A stretch of DNA of 64,000 nt, from positions 32,001 through 96,000 of the forward strand of contig CAWFQL010000018.1 in the NCBI GenBank assembly GCA_963817915.1, written 5' to 3'. The position numbers and the translations under genes are program-made. The notes below the pieces were generated by a model. The model was not told the DNA's origin and searched no databases. It saw only the letters and a list, made by a program, of their open reading frames with translations. The stretch is from an uncultured candidate division Zixibacteria bacterium (GTDB lineage Bacteria > Zixibacteria > MSB-5A5 > UBA10806). This document shows, one piece after another, positions 14,071 through 25,355 of the stretch (position 1 is the first letter of the stretch; each line of letters opens with the position of its first letter).

Positions 14071-15534
14071 ATGAAGATGGCTCGAACGATTCTTATCATT
14101 GCGATGACCTGCTATTCGATGCTCCATTCCGGAGTTGCGAATGCTGATCAGGCCACCGACGTATATGAGATATCGTTCGGGCCATCGACTATTGAAGCGG
14201 ATCCCGGTAATCCCGCTCTATTAGTTCCGATAGCTATAAGTACCACTCAACCCGTGGTCAGGATCAATCTGCTTCTGATTTACGATCCAATTCTAGTCAC
14301 TCCTACAACTATTGCGCCCAGTATGTTCTTTCAGAGTTTCATTTACGACATAAGTATTCCTGGCCGCATCAAGATTAGTATCATTACGGACATGCCCGCC
14401 CCACCGGAAGTTCCGCCCATATCCGGAGATACAACATTTGCCTGGATATCGTTTCGAATAGCTAATGAAGATATAGGTTATGACTATATGACTCATATCT
14501 TCTACTACGAAGATCCCTTTACGCCATTACCTGATAACTATATCATCCTCCAAAATAGCAATTTTATCGCTATTCCGGATTTGTCTCTGCTGCCCGCCGA
14601 TATTATCATAATCCATCCTATCTACGGGGATATCAATGCAAATGGATATGCTTATGAAATTGGAGACGCCGTTACTTTCTTCAATTATTTCATCGGCGAT
14701 ATCCATTTTACTCGCCGGCAATATGCCAATTCCGACTGCAATCGCGACGGCCTGCAGGCGACTATTTCAGACCTGGTCTATCTCTTGAGAATGATCAATG
14801 GCGATATAATTTCATCGATTTCGGATTCAGCCCGATACGGGGCCAATACAAATAGTTCAACCAATCGCATTTCCTCTGATTTCTTGGATTTAGACGAGCT
14901 TAATAAATCTGAAATATATATCGAGAGCGATAAAATGCTCGGAGGCGCTCATATTCAATGCTCGTACGATAATAGCGCTATTACCCCAATGGCAATTGTA
15001 TTAGGCGATGAATCAAATGATCTGGAATTAAACTATGCTATTTCTCCACAGGGAAAGATTGACGTTGTCCTTCTAAATAAGAACTCTTCCGATTTGCCAG
15101 GCTCTCTAAAATCGATAACGATATTCTACAAGGGCCAATTTAGCCAAAATGCGATCAGTATTTCTAATACCGATTACTCCGATTTTAATGGCCGACGAAT
15201 CGACGCTTCCATCAGAATCGATAACTTAAAGGGCTCTAGCCCTAATGCGACTATACCATCTGCGATATCGCTTTCCGGCTATCCCAACCCCTTTAATGCT
15301 GACGTCATGATTGATTATAATCTGCCGAATCCGGGCAACTATCAAATCTGCATTTACGATGTGCTCGGCAGGAAGGTGGCCACCCTCTTCGATGGTTATA
15401 AGGAAGCTGGCCGTAATTCTGTTCACTGGAACGCGCATAATGCCAATTCGGGCAGTCTCTCGAGCGGAATCTACTTTGTGCGCTTATCAGGAGAAAATTC
15501 ATCGAAAAACCTAAAGTTGTTTTATCTTAAATAA
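14071..15534 (+). CDS. Secreted protein with cohesin-like, dockerin, second cohesin-like and FlgD/T9SS-like CTD domains (scaffoldin/adaptor-like)
   Basis: Signal peptide, then ADPG...VPIAIST...INLLLIYDP (cohesin-like pattern). EF-hand-like pair GDINANG...IGDAV / SDCNRDG...ISDLVYL at ~14626-14802. C-terminal YPNPFN...YDVLGRKV...SGIYFVRL. Confidence 0.7.
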   Translation: MKMARTILIIAMTCYSMLHSGVANADQATDVYEISFGPSTIEADPGNPALLVPIAISTTQPVVRINLLLIYDPILVTPTTIAPSMFFQSFIYDISIPGRIKISIITDMPAPPEVPPISGDTTFAWISFRIANEDIGYDYMTHIFYYEDPFTPLPDNYIILQNSNFIAIPDLSLLPADIIIIHPIYGDINANGYAYEIGDAVTFFNYFIGDIHFTRRQYANSDCNRDGLQATISDLVYLLRMINGDIISSISDSARYGANTNSSTNRISSDFLDLDELNKSEIYIESDKMLGGAHIQCSYDNSAITPMAIVLGDESNDLELNYAISPQGKIDVVLLNKNSSDLPGSLKSITIFYKGQFSQNAISISNTDYSDFNGRRIDASIRIDNLKGSSPNATIPSAISLSGYPNPFNADVMIDYNLPNPGNYQICIYDVLGRKVATLFDGYKEAGRNSVHWNAHNANSGSLSSGIYFVRLSGENSSKNLKLFYLK

Positions 15535-15573
15535 CGATTAGCCGCATTTGTCTTTGTGGGGAGGAGAGAATCA

Positions 15574-18348
15574 TTGAAATATTCTAAAGAGGGGGTTGTC
15601 GCCGGATTATTTCTGGCATTGATTTGTATTTCAACCGCAAACGCCAATTATCTTCAGCCAGGCGTTCAATACGCCCAAAATAAAATTATTATTGCTATTC
15701 AGCCCCCGTTGGCTCCGATAACGCCAAATTTAATCAATGGTGTTATCTCTACCGGCTTGAATGATATTGATCAGTTAAATCGCCAATATGCGGTCTCTGT
15801 AATGTGGCCGCTTTTCCCAAAGGCAGAAAAGCACGGCGAACCGGCCATGGCAGGTTATTACTCCATAACATTCAATAATACCGCAGACCTTGAATCAGTC
15901 CTCGCTGAATATGCCAAACTCACATCAATTGAGCATGTGGAACCTGTGGGCATTCATCGAACTAATTTTAATCCTAATGACCCGCTGATCAGCAATCAAT
16001 GGGCAATAAATAAAATTGCAGCAAGACAAGCTTGGGATATTACACAAGGCAGCGCCGATATAGCACTTGGAATTGCTGATACCGGCGTCGATTGGGATCA
16101 TCCTGACCTGAACGACAATATCTGGGTCAATTCAGGAGATCCCTCCAATGGCGTCGATGACGACGGCAACGGCTATGTCGACGATTTTCACGGCTGGGAT
16201 TGGGTAAATGGTGTCGATGGGGCGCCGGGCGAAGATGACCAGACTCCTGATAATAACCCTATGGATTTTAATGGCCACGGCACTCATGTTTCCGGAATAG
16301 CCTCGGCGGAAACAAATAACGCGTTGGGCGTAGCAGGAATTGGTTTTAATTGTAAAATAATGGCTCTTAGAATCGGCTGGGAGGCAACCGACGGTCTGGG
16401 ATATGTCCAGATGGATTTTGCAGCCGCGGCCCTCTATTATGCCGCCAATGAAGGTGCCAGGGCGGTAAATTGCTCCTGGAGTTCCTCAAACTCCGGCGGT
16501 ATTGCTACCGCGGCCAATTATGCTACTAGTCATAATGTTGTTCTTGTCTCGGCCGCAGGCAACGATGGCAACACTGTTGCGTCCTACTTATGCGGAAGAA
16601 GCGATGTTATCGCGGTTGCCGCGACCGATCAATACGATCACAAGGCAACATTCTCCAACTATGGTAGCTGGGTTGATGTTTCTGCTCCCGGTGTGACTAT
16701 TTATTCTACTATTTTTAATAATACGTATGATTACATGGATGGCACCTCGATGGCCGCCCCTTATGTTACCGGGCTCGTGGGGCTCATAGCTTCGGTTAGC
16801 CCCGGAATGTCTCGCTCTGCGATTCAGACTAGAATAATTAATACAACTGTCGATATAGACGCGCTTAATCCAGGCTATGCAAATCTTTTGGGTAGCGGCA
16901 GGATAAACGCTTATAACGCAGTCAATGGACTGATACCTGCCCCGCCGGTTCCGACACCTTATTCACCAATAGGCAGTGTTTTTGTCAGCCAGCGCTTTCC
17001 CGTTTTTTATTGGAGCAGTGTCTCGGGAGCAATCGGATACAATATTCAGATTGATCAGGATTCTCAATTCAATTCTCCCGACGTTGACAATTCATCGATT
17101 ACCGATACGACATTCACATCCAATGTCAGCCTGGCAGATGGTAATTGGTATTGGAGAATACGTTCAGGAAATGGTGCCTGGTCTAATTTTTCAAGCACTC
17201 AAAGCTTCCGGGTTGACGCCAGTCCCCCTCAGACAACGACCCTTTTAACTCCGCCCCATGGACATTGGATGACAACCAGAGTGCCTTATTTCAGTTGGCA
17301 AACAGTGTCTGACCCGGGCGGCTCAGGTCTGGCAAAATATTATTTTCAAATTGATACAGATTCAATTTTCGCCAACCCGATTTACCTTTCCGATTCGACC
17401 ACATTTGCAAATTATGCCCCGCAAACTGAGCTTGATGACAATCAGCGTTACTATTGGAGAGTTAGGGCGCGTGACAATGCCGGTAATTACTCGAACTATG
17501 CTTCGAGCGTTTTCGGGATTGATAATTCGGCTCCGCTTTCGCCAATTGGTTTTTCGGTTTCACCATCCGGCTGGAGCAATAATTCCAATTTCAACCTTCA
17601 GTGGACCAATCCGGTTGAATTATCTGGAGTCGCTAAAGGATTGTACAAAATCGGCAATTTACCAATTTCTAACATGGACACGACCGGAAGTGTCGATCGA
17701 AATCCGCCCCAAACGATTTCTATTGCCAATAACGGGCCGAATCGCGTGAGTTTCTGGTTGCAGGATTCTGTTGGTAATGTGGATTATAGCACATATCGGC
17801 AGGATACAATATACTTCGATAATATCCCGCCGTCCGGTTGCATGGCAAGCTCGCCCGGAACATCAGGGAATCTGCTTTTCACTGTCGCCTGGTCTGCGGG
17901 ATCGGATGATCTCTCGGGCCCGGCTATTCTATTTGATGTCAATTATAAAGATGGGGCAGGCGCCTGGACCCCCTGGCTTGACCATTTCCCGGGCTCTTCC
18001 AGCCAGTTTACAGGCGTTCACAACCACACATATTATTTTGAGGCAAGGGTTTATGATAATGCCGGTAACGCCGAACCATTTACCGGTATCGCTGAATCCC
18101 AAACCCTGATTGATACCTTTTTTGTCGGACCGTCTTTCATACCAGGCGATGCCAACAATGACGGTGCCCTTAATGGTATCGATGTGATTTACCTCGTGAA
18201 TTATTTCAAAGGGCTTGTCCCGCCGCCCGACCCATATTTGGCGGCAGATGCCAACGGTTCCTGTGCCGTCAATGGTCTTGACGTTACCTATCTTGTCAAT
18301 TATTTCAGGGGGGCAGGCCCGGCACCTTTCGCCGGAAATTGCCGGTAA
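15574..18348 (+). CDS. S8 family subtilisin-like serine protease with Fn3/Ig-like domains and C-terminal dockerin
   Basis: Triad motifs DTGVD, HGTHVSG and GTSMAAP plus oxyanion AAGN. YWRVRA Fn3-like segments. Dockerin GDANNDG...NGIDV / DANGS...NGLDV. A TTG start at 15574 follows GGGAGGAG (the ORF track starts at 15556). Confidence 0.93.
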   Translation: MKYSKEGVVAGLFLALICISTANANYLQPGVQYAQNKIIIAIQPPLAPITPNLINGVISTGLNDIDQLNRQYAVSVMWPLFPKAEKHGEPAMAGYYSITFNNTADLESVLAEYAKLTSIEHVEPVGIHRTNFNPNDPLISNQWAINKIAARQAWDITQGSADIALGIADTGVDWDHPDLNDNIWVNSGDPSNGVDDDGNGYVDDFHGWDWVNGVDGAPGEDDQTPDNNPMDFNGHGTHVSGIASAETNNALGVAGIGFNCKIMALRIGWEATDGLGYVQMDFAAAALYYAANEGARAVNCSWSSSNSGGIATAANYATSHNVVLVSAAGNDGNTVASYLCGRSDVIAVAATDQYDHKATFSNYGSWVDVSAPGVTIYSTIFNNTYDYMDGTSMAAPYVTGLVGLIASVSPGMSRSAIQTRIINTTVDIDALNPGYANLLGSGRINAYNAVNGLIPAPPVPTPYSPIGSVFVSQRFPVFYWSSVSGAIGYNIQIDQDSQFNSPDVDNSSITDTTFTSNVSLADGNWYWRIRSGNGAWSNFSSTQSFRVDASPPQTTTLLTPPHGHWMTTRVPYFSWQTVSDPGGSGLAKYYFQIDTDSIFANPIYLSDSTTFANYAPQTELDDNQRYYWRVRARDNAGNYSNYASSVFGIDNSAPLSPIGFSVSPSGWSNNSNFNLQWTNPVELSGVAKGLYKIGNLPISNMDTTGSVDRNPPQTISIANNGPNRVSFWLQDSVGNVDYSTYRQDTIYFDNIPPSGCMASSPGTSGNLLFTVAWSAGSDDLSGPAILFDVNYKDGAGAWTPWLDHFPGSSSQFTGVHNHTYYFEARVYDNAGNAEPFTGIAESQTLIDTFFVGPSFIPGDANNDGALNGIDVIYLVNYFKGLVPPPDPYLAADANGSCAVNGLDVTYLVNYFRGAGPAPFAGNCR

Positions 18349-18419
18349 TTGGCAAAATGAAGGCGACTTTCGTTGGATTTTGGACCCCGGAAAATCAAGT
18401 TTTCCCCATGATTATTATC

Positions 18420-18448
18420 TTGACACTTGGGGCCCTGATATTTATATT
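18420..18448 (+). promoter_or_regulatory. Sigma70-type promoter TTGACA-17-TATATT
   Basis: TTGACA at 18420-18425, 17-bp spacer, TATATT at 18443-18448, ~300 nt upstream of the ATG at 18757. Confidence 0.7.
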
Positions 18449-18756
18449 TGGGTTAGCATTTATGGCAGGGATCGAAGCTAAAAAAATATACGAGATCCCC
18501 GTCAAATGTATCAACATCGTGCTTTTCTAAAATGCTTCGCTTGAGGAGTAAAACGCTCCGTTAAGTCATGTTAAATTAAAAAATTGAATGATGCGTACAG
18601 CGTTCTTTGTAAAATTCAAACATCAGATAAGGAGGTGCTTCAGGGCAATTGTTTTGTAATTTGCCTTTTTAACTTCAAACCATAGAAACAAGGAAATCAG
18701 GAAATCTTCGTTTTGAAAGTTTGATATTCCTAAATATCATTTAGGAGAAAGGCGAT

Positions 18757-21700
18757 ATGAAAAAAATCTTAGTTTTAAGCTTGTCATTAATGTTGCTTTG
18801 TTGTTGGATTGCTGCATACGCGGCGCCGACTAAAAACAACCAAAATCCATTAGTTACGAACAATCCGATTGTAACTAAATCGATTGAAAAACAAGCCGTA
18901 CAGCCGGTGCTTTCACAAGCTCCAAAGAGCAACGTGGAAAGAGTAGCTGCCGACAAAGCAGTAAAGGATGAGAACTCAAACGCACCAGTTCCTCCTCCAG
19001 ATCCCAATGTAATTCTTCAGGGCGGAGATGACTTCGCAAGTGCGACCGTCATCGGCGCGCTGCCATATATGGATAATGGAACTACTACCGGCATGACCCC
19101 CAATTATACGGTTTGCGGATATACAGTAGCTCCTGACGTCGTGTACTCTTATACTCCGGCCTCAAATATTTCCATAAAGGTTACCTTGTGCACCGGCACA
19201 ACTTGGGATACGGCTATCGGCGTAAATACTGATCCTACAACTCAAATCGCCTGCAATGACGATTTCTGCGGATTAGTATCTGAGTTAAGCTCCGTTAGTC
19301 TCACTGGCGGAGTCACCTACTACATCATCATTAAGGGTTATAGTACTTATAATGGTCCTTACCAGATCAACGTGACCGAAGTGGTCGCACTCACTCCCGA
19401 TGTTAGCGTGACTTTACCTGCGGAATTGCCATATTCCAACACCAATACCAATTGCGGTCTTGGCAATAGACAGAGCACTACCTGCCTTGGTAGCTATGAT
19501 GGTGGTGAAGACATCACTTATCAAGTCACTTTAACCGCTCCATTGTCTCTGAATATCGTACTGGATCCTGGAGCATCCGATTATACCGGTATGGCTATCA
19601 GCGACGCATTCCCGCTCGGCGCAACTTGTATCGCGACTTCCACCAATTCCGGCGTCGGTGCCCATGGTTTCTACGGCCTAAGCTTGGCCGCAGGTACCTA
19701 TTACATCATGATCGATACTTGGCCAACCCCCAATTGCATCCCATCATTTACATTGTCTATTCAAGAGAATACTACAATTCCTCCGCCTAATGATGCATGC
19801 GCTGATGTCACTCCGGTCGGAATAACTGTCAATGTTCCAACAACAGTGACAGGCACAACCGATGGAGCAACTTCCAACGATTGCGCTACATTCCCTGGCT
19901 ACCCGCTGGTATGGGAAGCCTTCACTACTACTGAAGCCATGGATATTACCATTGATATGTGCGGCTCCGGTTCCCAGTATGGATTGATGTACTTCTACCT
20001 GACAACTGATTGCGCTTGCACAGCCATCATTCCAAATAATGGTTATAATTGGACTACTTGCGCAGATCTTAACCCCACATGGGTATTCTACAACGTTCCT
20101 GCTGGCACATATTATGTGCCGATCATTTATGATCCGGCCAACGGCAATCAGGGACCCTACCAGATGACCTTCCTCGGCACTCCCCCCCCTGGGCCGCCAG
20201 CTAATGACGCTTGCGCTACCGCGGAAGCTATTGGCGATGTGACCGGCTTAGCTTGGAGCACGCTAGCCGCTACAGCCGATGGTATCGGTACTTGCATTAC
20301 AACCCCTGACATTTGGTACGTTTACACCGCGTCAACTACCGGACTCATTCGTGCCAGCTTATGCGGTTCAGCATTCGATACCAAATTGGCGGTATACGAT
20401 GGTAATAGCTGCAGCCCATTGCCGACCGAATTAGGTTGCAATGACGATTTCTGCGGTTTACAATCTCAGCTCGATTTCCAGGGTGTTCTTGGAGAAGAGT
20501 ATTTGATTCAAGTCGGTGGCTATTCTGGTTCTGGAACCGGCGTATTGACAGTCGGTCCTCCTCCTCCTCCTCCGCCAAACGATCTCTGCACAGACGTTAC
20601 CCCCGTTCCGCTGCCGCTCGGCTCAACTCTTACATTCAACGGTACAACAGTAAATTCCAACAATGATTGCGCTTTGTTAGGTACATATAACCAGGTTTGG
20701 GAAGCTTTTACAATTTCCTCACCTGCGAATGTTACCGTCGATTTCTGCACAACAGTTGGCTTTACAAATTATTATTGGGTACTGGTTCAGGGTTGTCCTT
20801 GCGGAAGTTATATCCTTCGCACCAACTACGATTACACAACTTGCGGCGATGGTCAAATAACTTTCTGGTTTGATAACCTACCTTCCGGAACCTACTATCT
20901 GCCCGTACTGGGTCTAGCCGGATCAGCCGATGGCCCATATACGGTTCATATTTCCGCGGCCGCGTCTCCGCAGCCGGTTTTTGGAGTAGATCCTACTTCG
21001 ATTACTGCGACTGTGGATCCCGGATGATATTGCCACCCAGGCATTATCAGTTACAAATAGCGGCACATCCCCATTGACATTCACAGCCGGCATTTCGATT
21101 GATGCTCCTCCAGTTCCAGGTTCAGTACCTCGCAACGATTATTCTAATCCATCTTCTGCTATTCGCTCAATCGATAAGAACTTTATTACCACCCCAACCG
21201 GTCCGAGTGGATGGTTACCATCATCTGCGACTGATTATTTCACAGAAACATTCTCTGATGGCGATTACACCACCAATCCGGCTTGGACAGCAAACAATGC
21301 CAGCACAAACCCGGCGTCTTATTGGACAGTCGTAACCGATCCATGGACATACATGACTCCTCCGATGACAAATCATGGAACCGGTTTCTTCGCGGCATCT
21401 AACGCTGATGCCGGCGGTTCCGGCTCAATTACCGATGAAAGACTTTCTGCTTCATTCACCGGTAACGGCGCGGGATACCTCGGATTGTCATTCTGGCTCG
21501 GCTACAGAGCTTTAGGCGATTATTTTGAGGTCTTGATTGACGGTGCCCAGGTTGCGATATACACCACAACTACAACGGGACCGCAGCTCATTGATGTTTC
21601 CGCCTATAATGACGGAGCTCCTCACACATTAACTATGCATTTCTATTCTGAGTGGGGCTGGTGGGCCGCGTTTGACGACGTAGTTATCACCGATGTCGCA

Positions 21701-22855
21701 CCCATGGGAAAATGCTGTTATGGCGATCCAGGTGCGCCTTCTTGTGCTGATAATTCACAGGCAGAGTGCAATGCTCTACAGGGTCTCTGGACAATGGGCG
21801 AAACCTGCGCAGGCAATCCGTGCCCGTCGGTTCAAGGTTGCGCTCCCGGTACCAACGTATTCGGTCAGCCTCCAATGCCGTCTGATGGCGCTTGGACATT
21901 CGTGACAACTGATATCGAATCTCCTGGTCCATACCTCGCATACGATAATTTTGCCGGCGCATACGGCGAAGTTACCGCGGTCAAATTCTGGATTGCGGAT
22001 CTATTCTACAGCGGCGGATGGGGAGAATGCGATAAGCCAGATCCAGCTGCATTCCAAATTAAGTTCTATGAAGATGCAGCCGGAATGCCCGGTACTGAAG
22101 TCGCTTCGTATGATGTCTCAGTTTCCCCAGTTCTCGGAGAAATGTATTCTGGCGTTTACCAGCAGAAAGAGTACACAGCTACTCTTCCGACACCAGTCTC
22201 CTTGTCTAATGGTTGGATTTCCATTCAGGGTGCCGATATTGGCGCCAGCTGCTGGATGTTGTGGCTTAATTCCTCTGAAGCCGGTACTGCGGTACAATGG
22301 GATGGCACAGCCTTCGTCCAGCTCGCTTACAATCTGGCGTTCTGCTTGATCGGTACACCGGTCCAGCCATGGCTTGCTATTGATGTCAACTCTGGCACAA
22401 TCAACCCTGGCGATCCAGCCGTAGTAGTTACTGCCACCATGAATTCCACTGGCTTGGCTAATGGAACCTATCATGGTAGAGTTAACTTTAACACCAACGA
22501 AGTTGGCCTGTTAATTCACGAAGTTCCTGTTACCTTCACAGTCGGTGGCGGCGGATGCGAGTATATCATTGGCGATGCTAATGGTAGCAATAGCTTCAAC
22601 GGCCTCGACGTTACTTACAGCGTTAACTACTTCAAGGGTGGCGCTGCTCCGCCGTTCTCTTGCGAGTGCACTCCAGGCAACATCTGGTTTGTTACTGGCG
22701 ACGTTAACGGCAGCTGTTCGTTCAATGGTCTCGATGTGACCTACATGGTCAACTACTTCAAGGGCGGCGCGAATCCTATTCCTTGCGCTTCCTGCCCGCC
22801 TGCAGGTGTAGCCGCATCCACACCGCATACCAATACGAGCAACAGCGGTCAATAA
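18757..22855 (+). CDS. Large (~1,365 aa) secreted Cys-rich multidomain protein with C-terminal dockerin; one +1 frameshift near 21024
   Basis: AGGAG RBS and signal peptide. About five PPC-like beta-sandwich repeats (PPNDxC..., CNDDFCG). Removing one base at GGATGAT gives continuous ...VDPG-DIATQALSVTNSGTSPLTF.... CC...C...C Cys-rich motif, then a dockerin at ~22571-22765 followed by CASCPP. Confidence 0.85.
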
Positions 22856-22896
22856 GACTTAAATAGCAAGACTGTAAAGTCTTGGTATTAAGCAAT

Positions 22897-22931
22897 AATC
22901 GGGTCTTCCAAACGGAAGGCCCGATTTTTTT
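22897..22931 (+). terminator. Rho-independent terminator
   Basis: AATCGGGTCTTCC-AAAC-GGAAGGCCCGATT followed by a T-tract. Confidence 0.9.
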
Positions 22932-23025
22932 GATGCCTATCGCCATATGCCATTTTGGCAGTGGTCTGTCAATCGTCAATAGCGCCCCGTAACCATTTAA
23001 TATACAAGCAGATACCTTTTTTTAT

Positions 23026-23054
23026 TTGACATTGCAGGTCAATTAAGGTATTAT
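23026..23054 (+). promoter_or_regulatory. Sigma70-type promoter TTGACA-17-TATTAT
   Basis: TTGACA at 23026-23031 and TATTAT at 23049-23054, upstream of the GH35-like gene. Confidence 0.75.
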
Positions 23055-23108
23055 AGACGGTCGATTTATGGGATATTCAAACCATTAAAGAAGGTTTTAA
23101 GGTAGATA

Positions 23109-25283
23109 ATGCTTGGAGTCATTGAGAACAAATTTGTGATTGGAAGAGATGAGTTTTTCCCGTTTTCTGCGGAGATTCACTACTTCAGGGTGGAAAAACG
23201 TTACTGGTCAATCTGTTTCGAAAGAATTAGGCGCGCCGGATTTCGTATTATTTCAACTTATGTGCCGTGGAATCTTCATGAAGAGCGGCCGGGCAATTTC
23301 GATTTTCGCGGAGTCACCGGTAGCCAGAAGGACCTTATAGTATTTCTCGAGCTCGCTCGCGAATTCGGTTTTAAGGTTATTCTTAAGCCGGGCCCATGGA
23401 TCAAGGCTGAATGGTCAAATGGTGGACTGCCTAAATACTTATTTCAGGATGAGGCCATTGTCGCGCGCGATTTTAAATCCGAATTGGTAATGGCCAAAAA
23501 TGGTCCCGGAATCGTCGAAAACTATCAACCGAGTTATCTCCACCCGAAATATATCGGACACGTCAAAAGATATCTGGGGGGACTGGTTGAGGTTATTCAA
23601 AATTATATCTTCCCCAAAGGTCCGGTCTTCATTATACAATTGGATGAAGAGCTTAGCTTCGGCGGCAACCTGGGCGCGTTTGATGCCGATTACAATAATT
23701 TCATCATTACCGAATATTACTTCCAATTTCTGGAAGAAAAATATAAGGACCCGTCCAAGCTTCCCGCGTGCTATGGCAAGAAGCTCAAGAGCTTCAATGT
23801 TGTCGAGCCGCCGATTGCCATCGACGCCAAAAGCCCCGTTGACATGGTCAGGTATTTCGATTGGATCGAGTTCAAGGGCACCATTCTTTCAAAATATATC
23901 ATCACTATCAGGGAAAGATTGGAAGCCCTTGGTGTTGGATGTCTGTTCTCGCTGAATTTGCCCTGGACCGATGACTTCAGCCTTCCGGCCAATTTAGATA
24001 GTTTCGGACACGATAAAATGGTAATCGGAATGCAAGTTCCCGATTCGGTCGATTATTGCCGCCTCGGAAGAAATCTCCGCTATCTTACCGGCAAGACAGG
24101 TTTCTGCTGGTCGTCCCAATTATATGGCGGAAGACCCACCGAAACATCAGTACCGGTAGCCCACGCTGAAAAACAATCCTGGCAGGTAGGCGCACGTTAT
24201 CACAAGTATCATATGATCTGCTCTCTCGCCGCCGGCTTGAAGGGTATGAATCACTACATGTTTGTTGGACGGGATCACTGGCAGGGCTCACCGCTGGGGC
24301 ATGATGGTACGGTCAATGAAAATTACGAAATAATCCGAAAAAGCAACGCCGCCCTTGAAGCCATAGATATCAATACGGCAAAATCGGTGTCGAAAATCGG
24401 TATCGCCTATTATAGAAATTACCTCGTTCAGCATCATCTCATGCTTCAACAGCAATTTCCCTATGTTGTAGATCTGGTCTCGCAGACACTAAATCCACTT
24501 GGCCAGGACCTCATGAATCTTAAATATGATTACTCTGTGGTCGATATCGAATCGCAGGATTCACTCGCAGAAAAAGACCTCTATTTTATACCTGTCGCCG
24601 AATATATGTCTCAGACCGCGCAAAAGCAGATTCTTGAAGCTGTCAAAAAGGGGAAAAATGTCGTTCTATTCGGATTGATGCCGAAATTCGATGAAAAATT
24701 CGAAAACTGCAAAATCCTTTCCAAAGGCTTGGGGCTGAGCACCAATTACGATTGGGCGCCTGCCAATATTGTATGGGAAAAAGCAAATATCAAATCCATT
24801 CGTTATGGATTCATAGCCTCCACCGGCTCTTCCAAAGTACTGGCCAAATCAGGGACAAAACCCGTAGGCGTCTGCAAAAAGGTTGGTTCGGGTAATGTTT
24901 ATTTATTCACATTCGATGTCTCTCCGAAATTCGACCCCTCAAAATTCGAGCTTCTACGTTCCGTCTTCGAAGCTCTCAAGATCGATTCGCCTGTGTCAAC
25001 CTCCGATCCCCAGGTCGATCTGATTGCCCAGGTTAATGAAAAGGGCATCATTCTCTATCTCATCAATACTGATACGACCTTTGCCACTCCGGATAGCACA
25101 TTCGCCAAGAAGGTGGTACTATCGATTGATATCGCCGAATTGGGAGTTAAGATGGCCAAAGTAAAGATGATCGATATTCTCGACGAGCAGACTTTCACCT
25201 TTACTGCCAAAGAACTCAAAGAAGGAATCGTATTCCCTGTTCGTTTCCACGAAGCCAGGATATTCTTTATTCCGAAAAAATAG
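23109..25283 (+). CDS. GH35-family beta-galactosidase/exo-glucosaminidase-like protein, cytoplasmic, with catalytic motifs that look altered
   Basis: EIHYFRV, TYVPWNLHE, KPGPWIKAEW..GGLP, KGPVFIIQLDEE and NHYMFVG match GH35 motifs. No signal peptide. Confidence 0.85.
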   Translation: MLGVIENKFVIGRDEFFPFSAEIHYFRVEKRYWSICFERIRRAGFRIISTYVPWNLHEERPGNFDFRGVTGSQKDLIVFLELAREFGFKVILKPGPWIKAEWSNGGLPKYLFQDEAIVARDFKSELVMAKNGPGIVENYQPSYLHPKYIGHVKRYLGGLVEVIQNYIFPKGPVFIIQLDEELSFGGNLGAFDADYNNFIITEYYFQFLEEKYKDPSKLPACYGKKLKSFNVVEPPIAIDAKSPVDMVRYFDWIEFKGTILSKYIITIRERLEALGVGCLFSLNLPWTDDFSLPANLDSFGHDKMVIGMQVPDSVDYCRLGRNLRYLTGKTGFCWSSQLYGGRPTETSVPVAHAEKQSWQVGARYHKYHMICSLAAGLKGMNHYMFVGRDHWQGSPLGHDGTVNENYEIIRKSNAALEAIDINTAKSVSKIGIAYYRNYLVQHHLMLQQQFPYVVDLVSQTLNPLGQDLMNLKYDYSVVDIESQDSLAEKDLYFIPVAEYMSQTAQKQILEAVKKGKNVVLFGLMPKFDEKFENCKILSKGLGLSTNYDWAPANIVWEKANIKSIRYGFIASTGSSKVLAKSGTKPVGVCKKVGSGNVYLFTFDVSPKFDPSKFELLRSVFEALKIDSPVSTSDPQVDLIAQVNEKGIILYLINTDTTFATPDSTFAKKVVLSIDIAELGVKMAKVKMIDILDEQTFTFTAKELKEGIVFPVRFHEARIFFIPKK

Positions 25284-25303
25284 TTTCCAAAGATATTGAA
25301 AAT

Positions 25304-25336
25304 AAAAAAAGGCGGCCATCTATTAGCCGCCTTTTT
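25304..25336. terminator. Bidirectional terminator between the convergent GH35-like and nrdJ genes
   Basis: A7-GGCGGC...GCCGCC-T5. Confidence 0.85.
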
Positions 25337-25355
25337 GATATATATTAAATCTATC

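Noticed and set aside
18339..18530. 63-aa ORF downstream of the protease
   Set aside because: It overlaps a near-consensus promoter and leader and has no clear RBS or recognisable motif.
18455..18756. Known riboswitch in the long leader
   Set aside because: I could not match cobalamin, TPP, SAM or c-di-GMP consensus elements by eye. It is kept only as an unexplained leader.
21022..21030. TGA at 21025 as selenocysteine or stop read-through
   Set aside because: The continuation is in a different frame, so a one-base insertion explains it and read-through does not.
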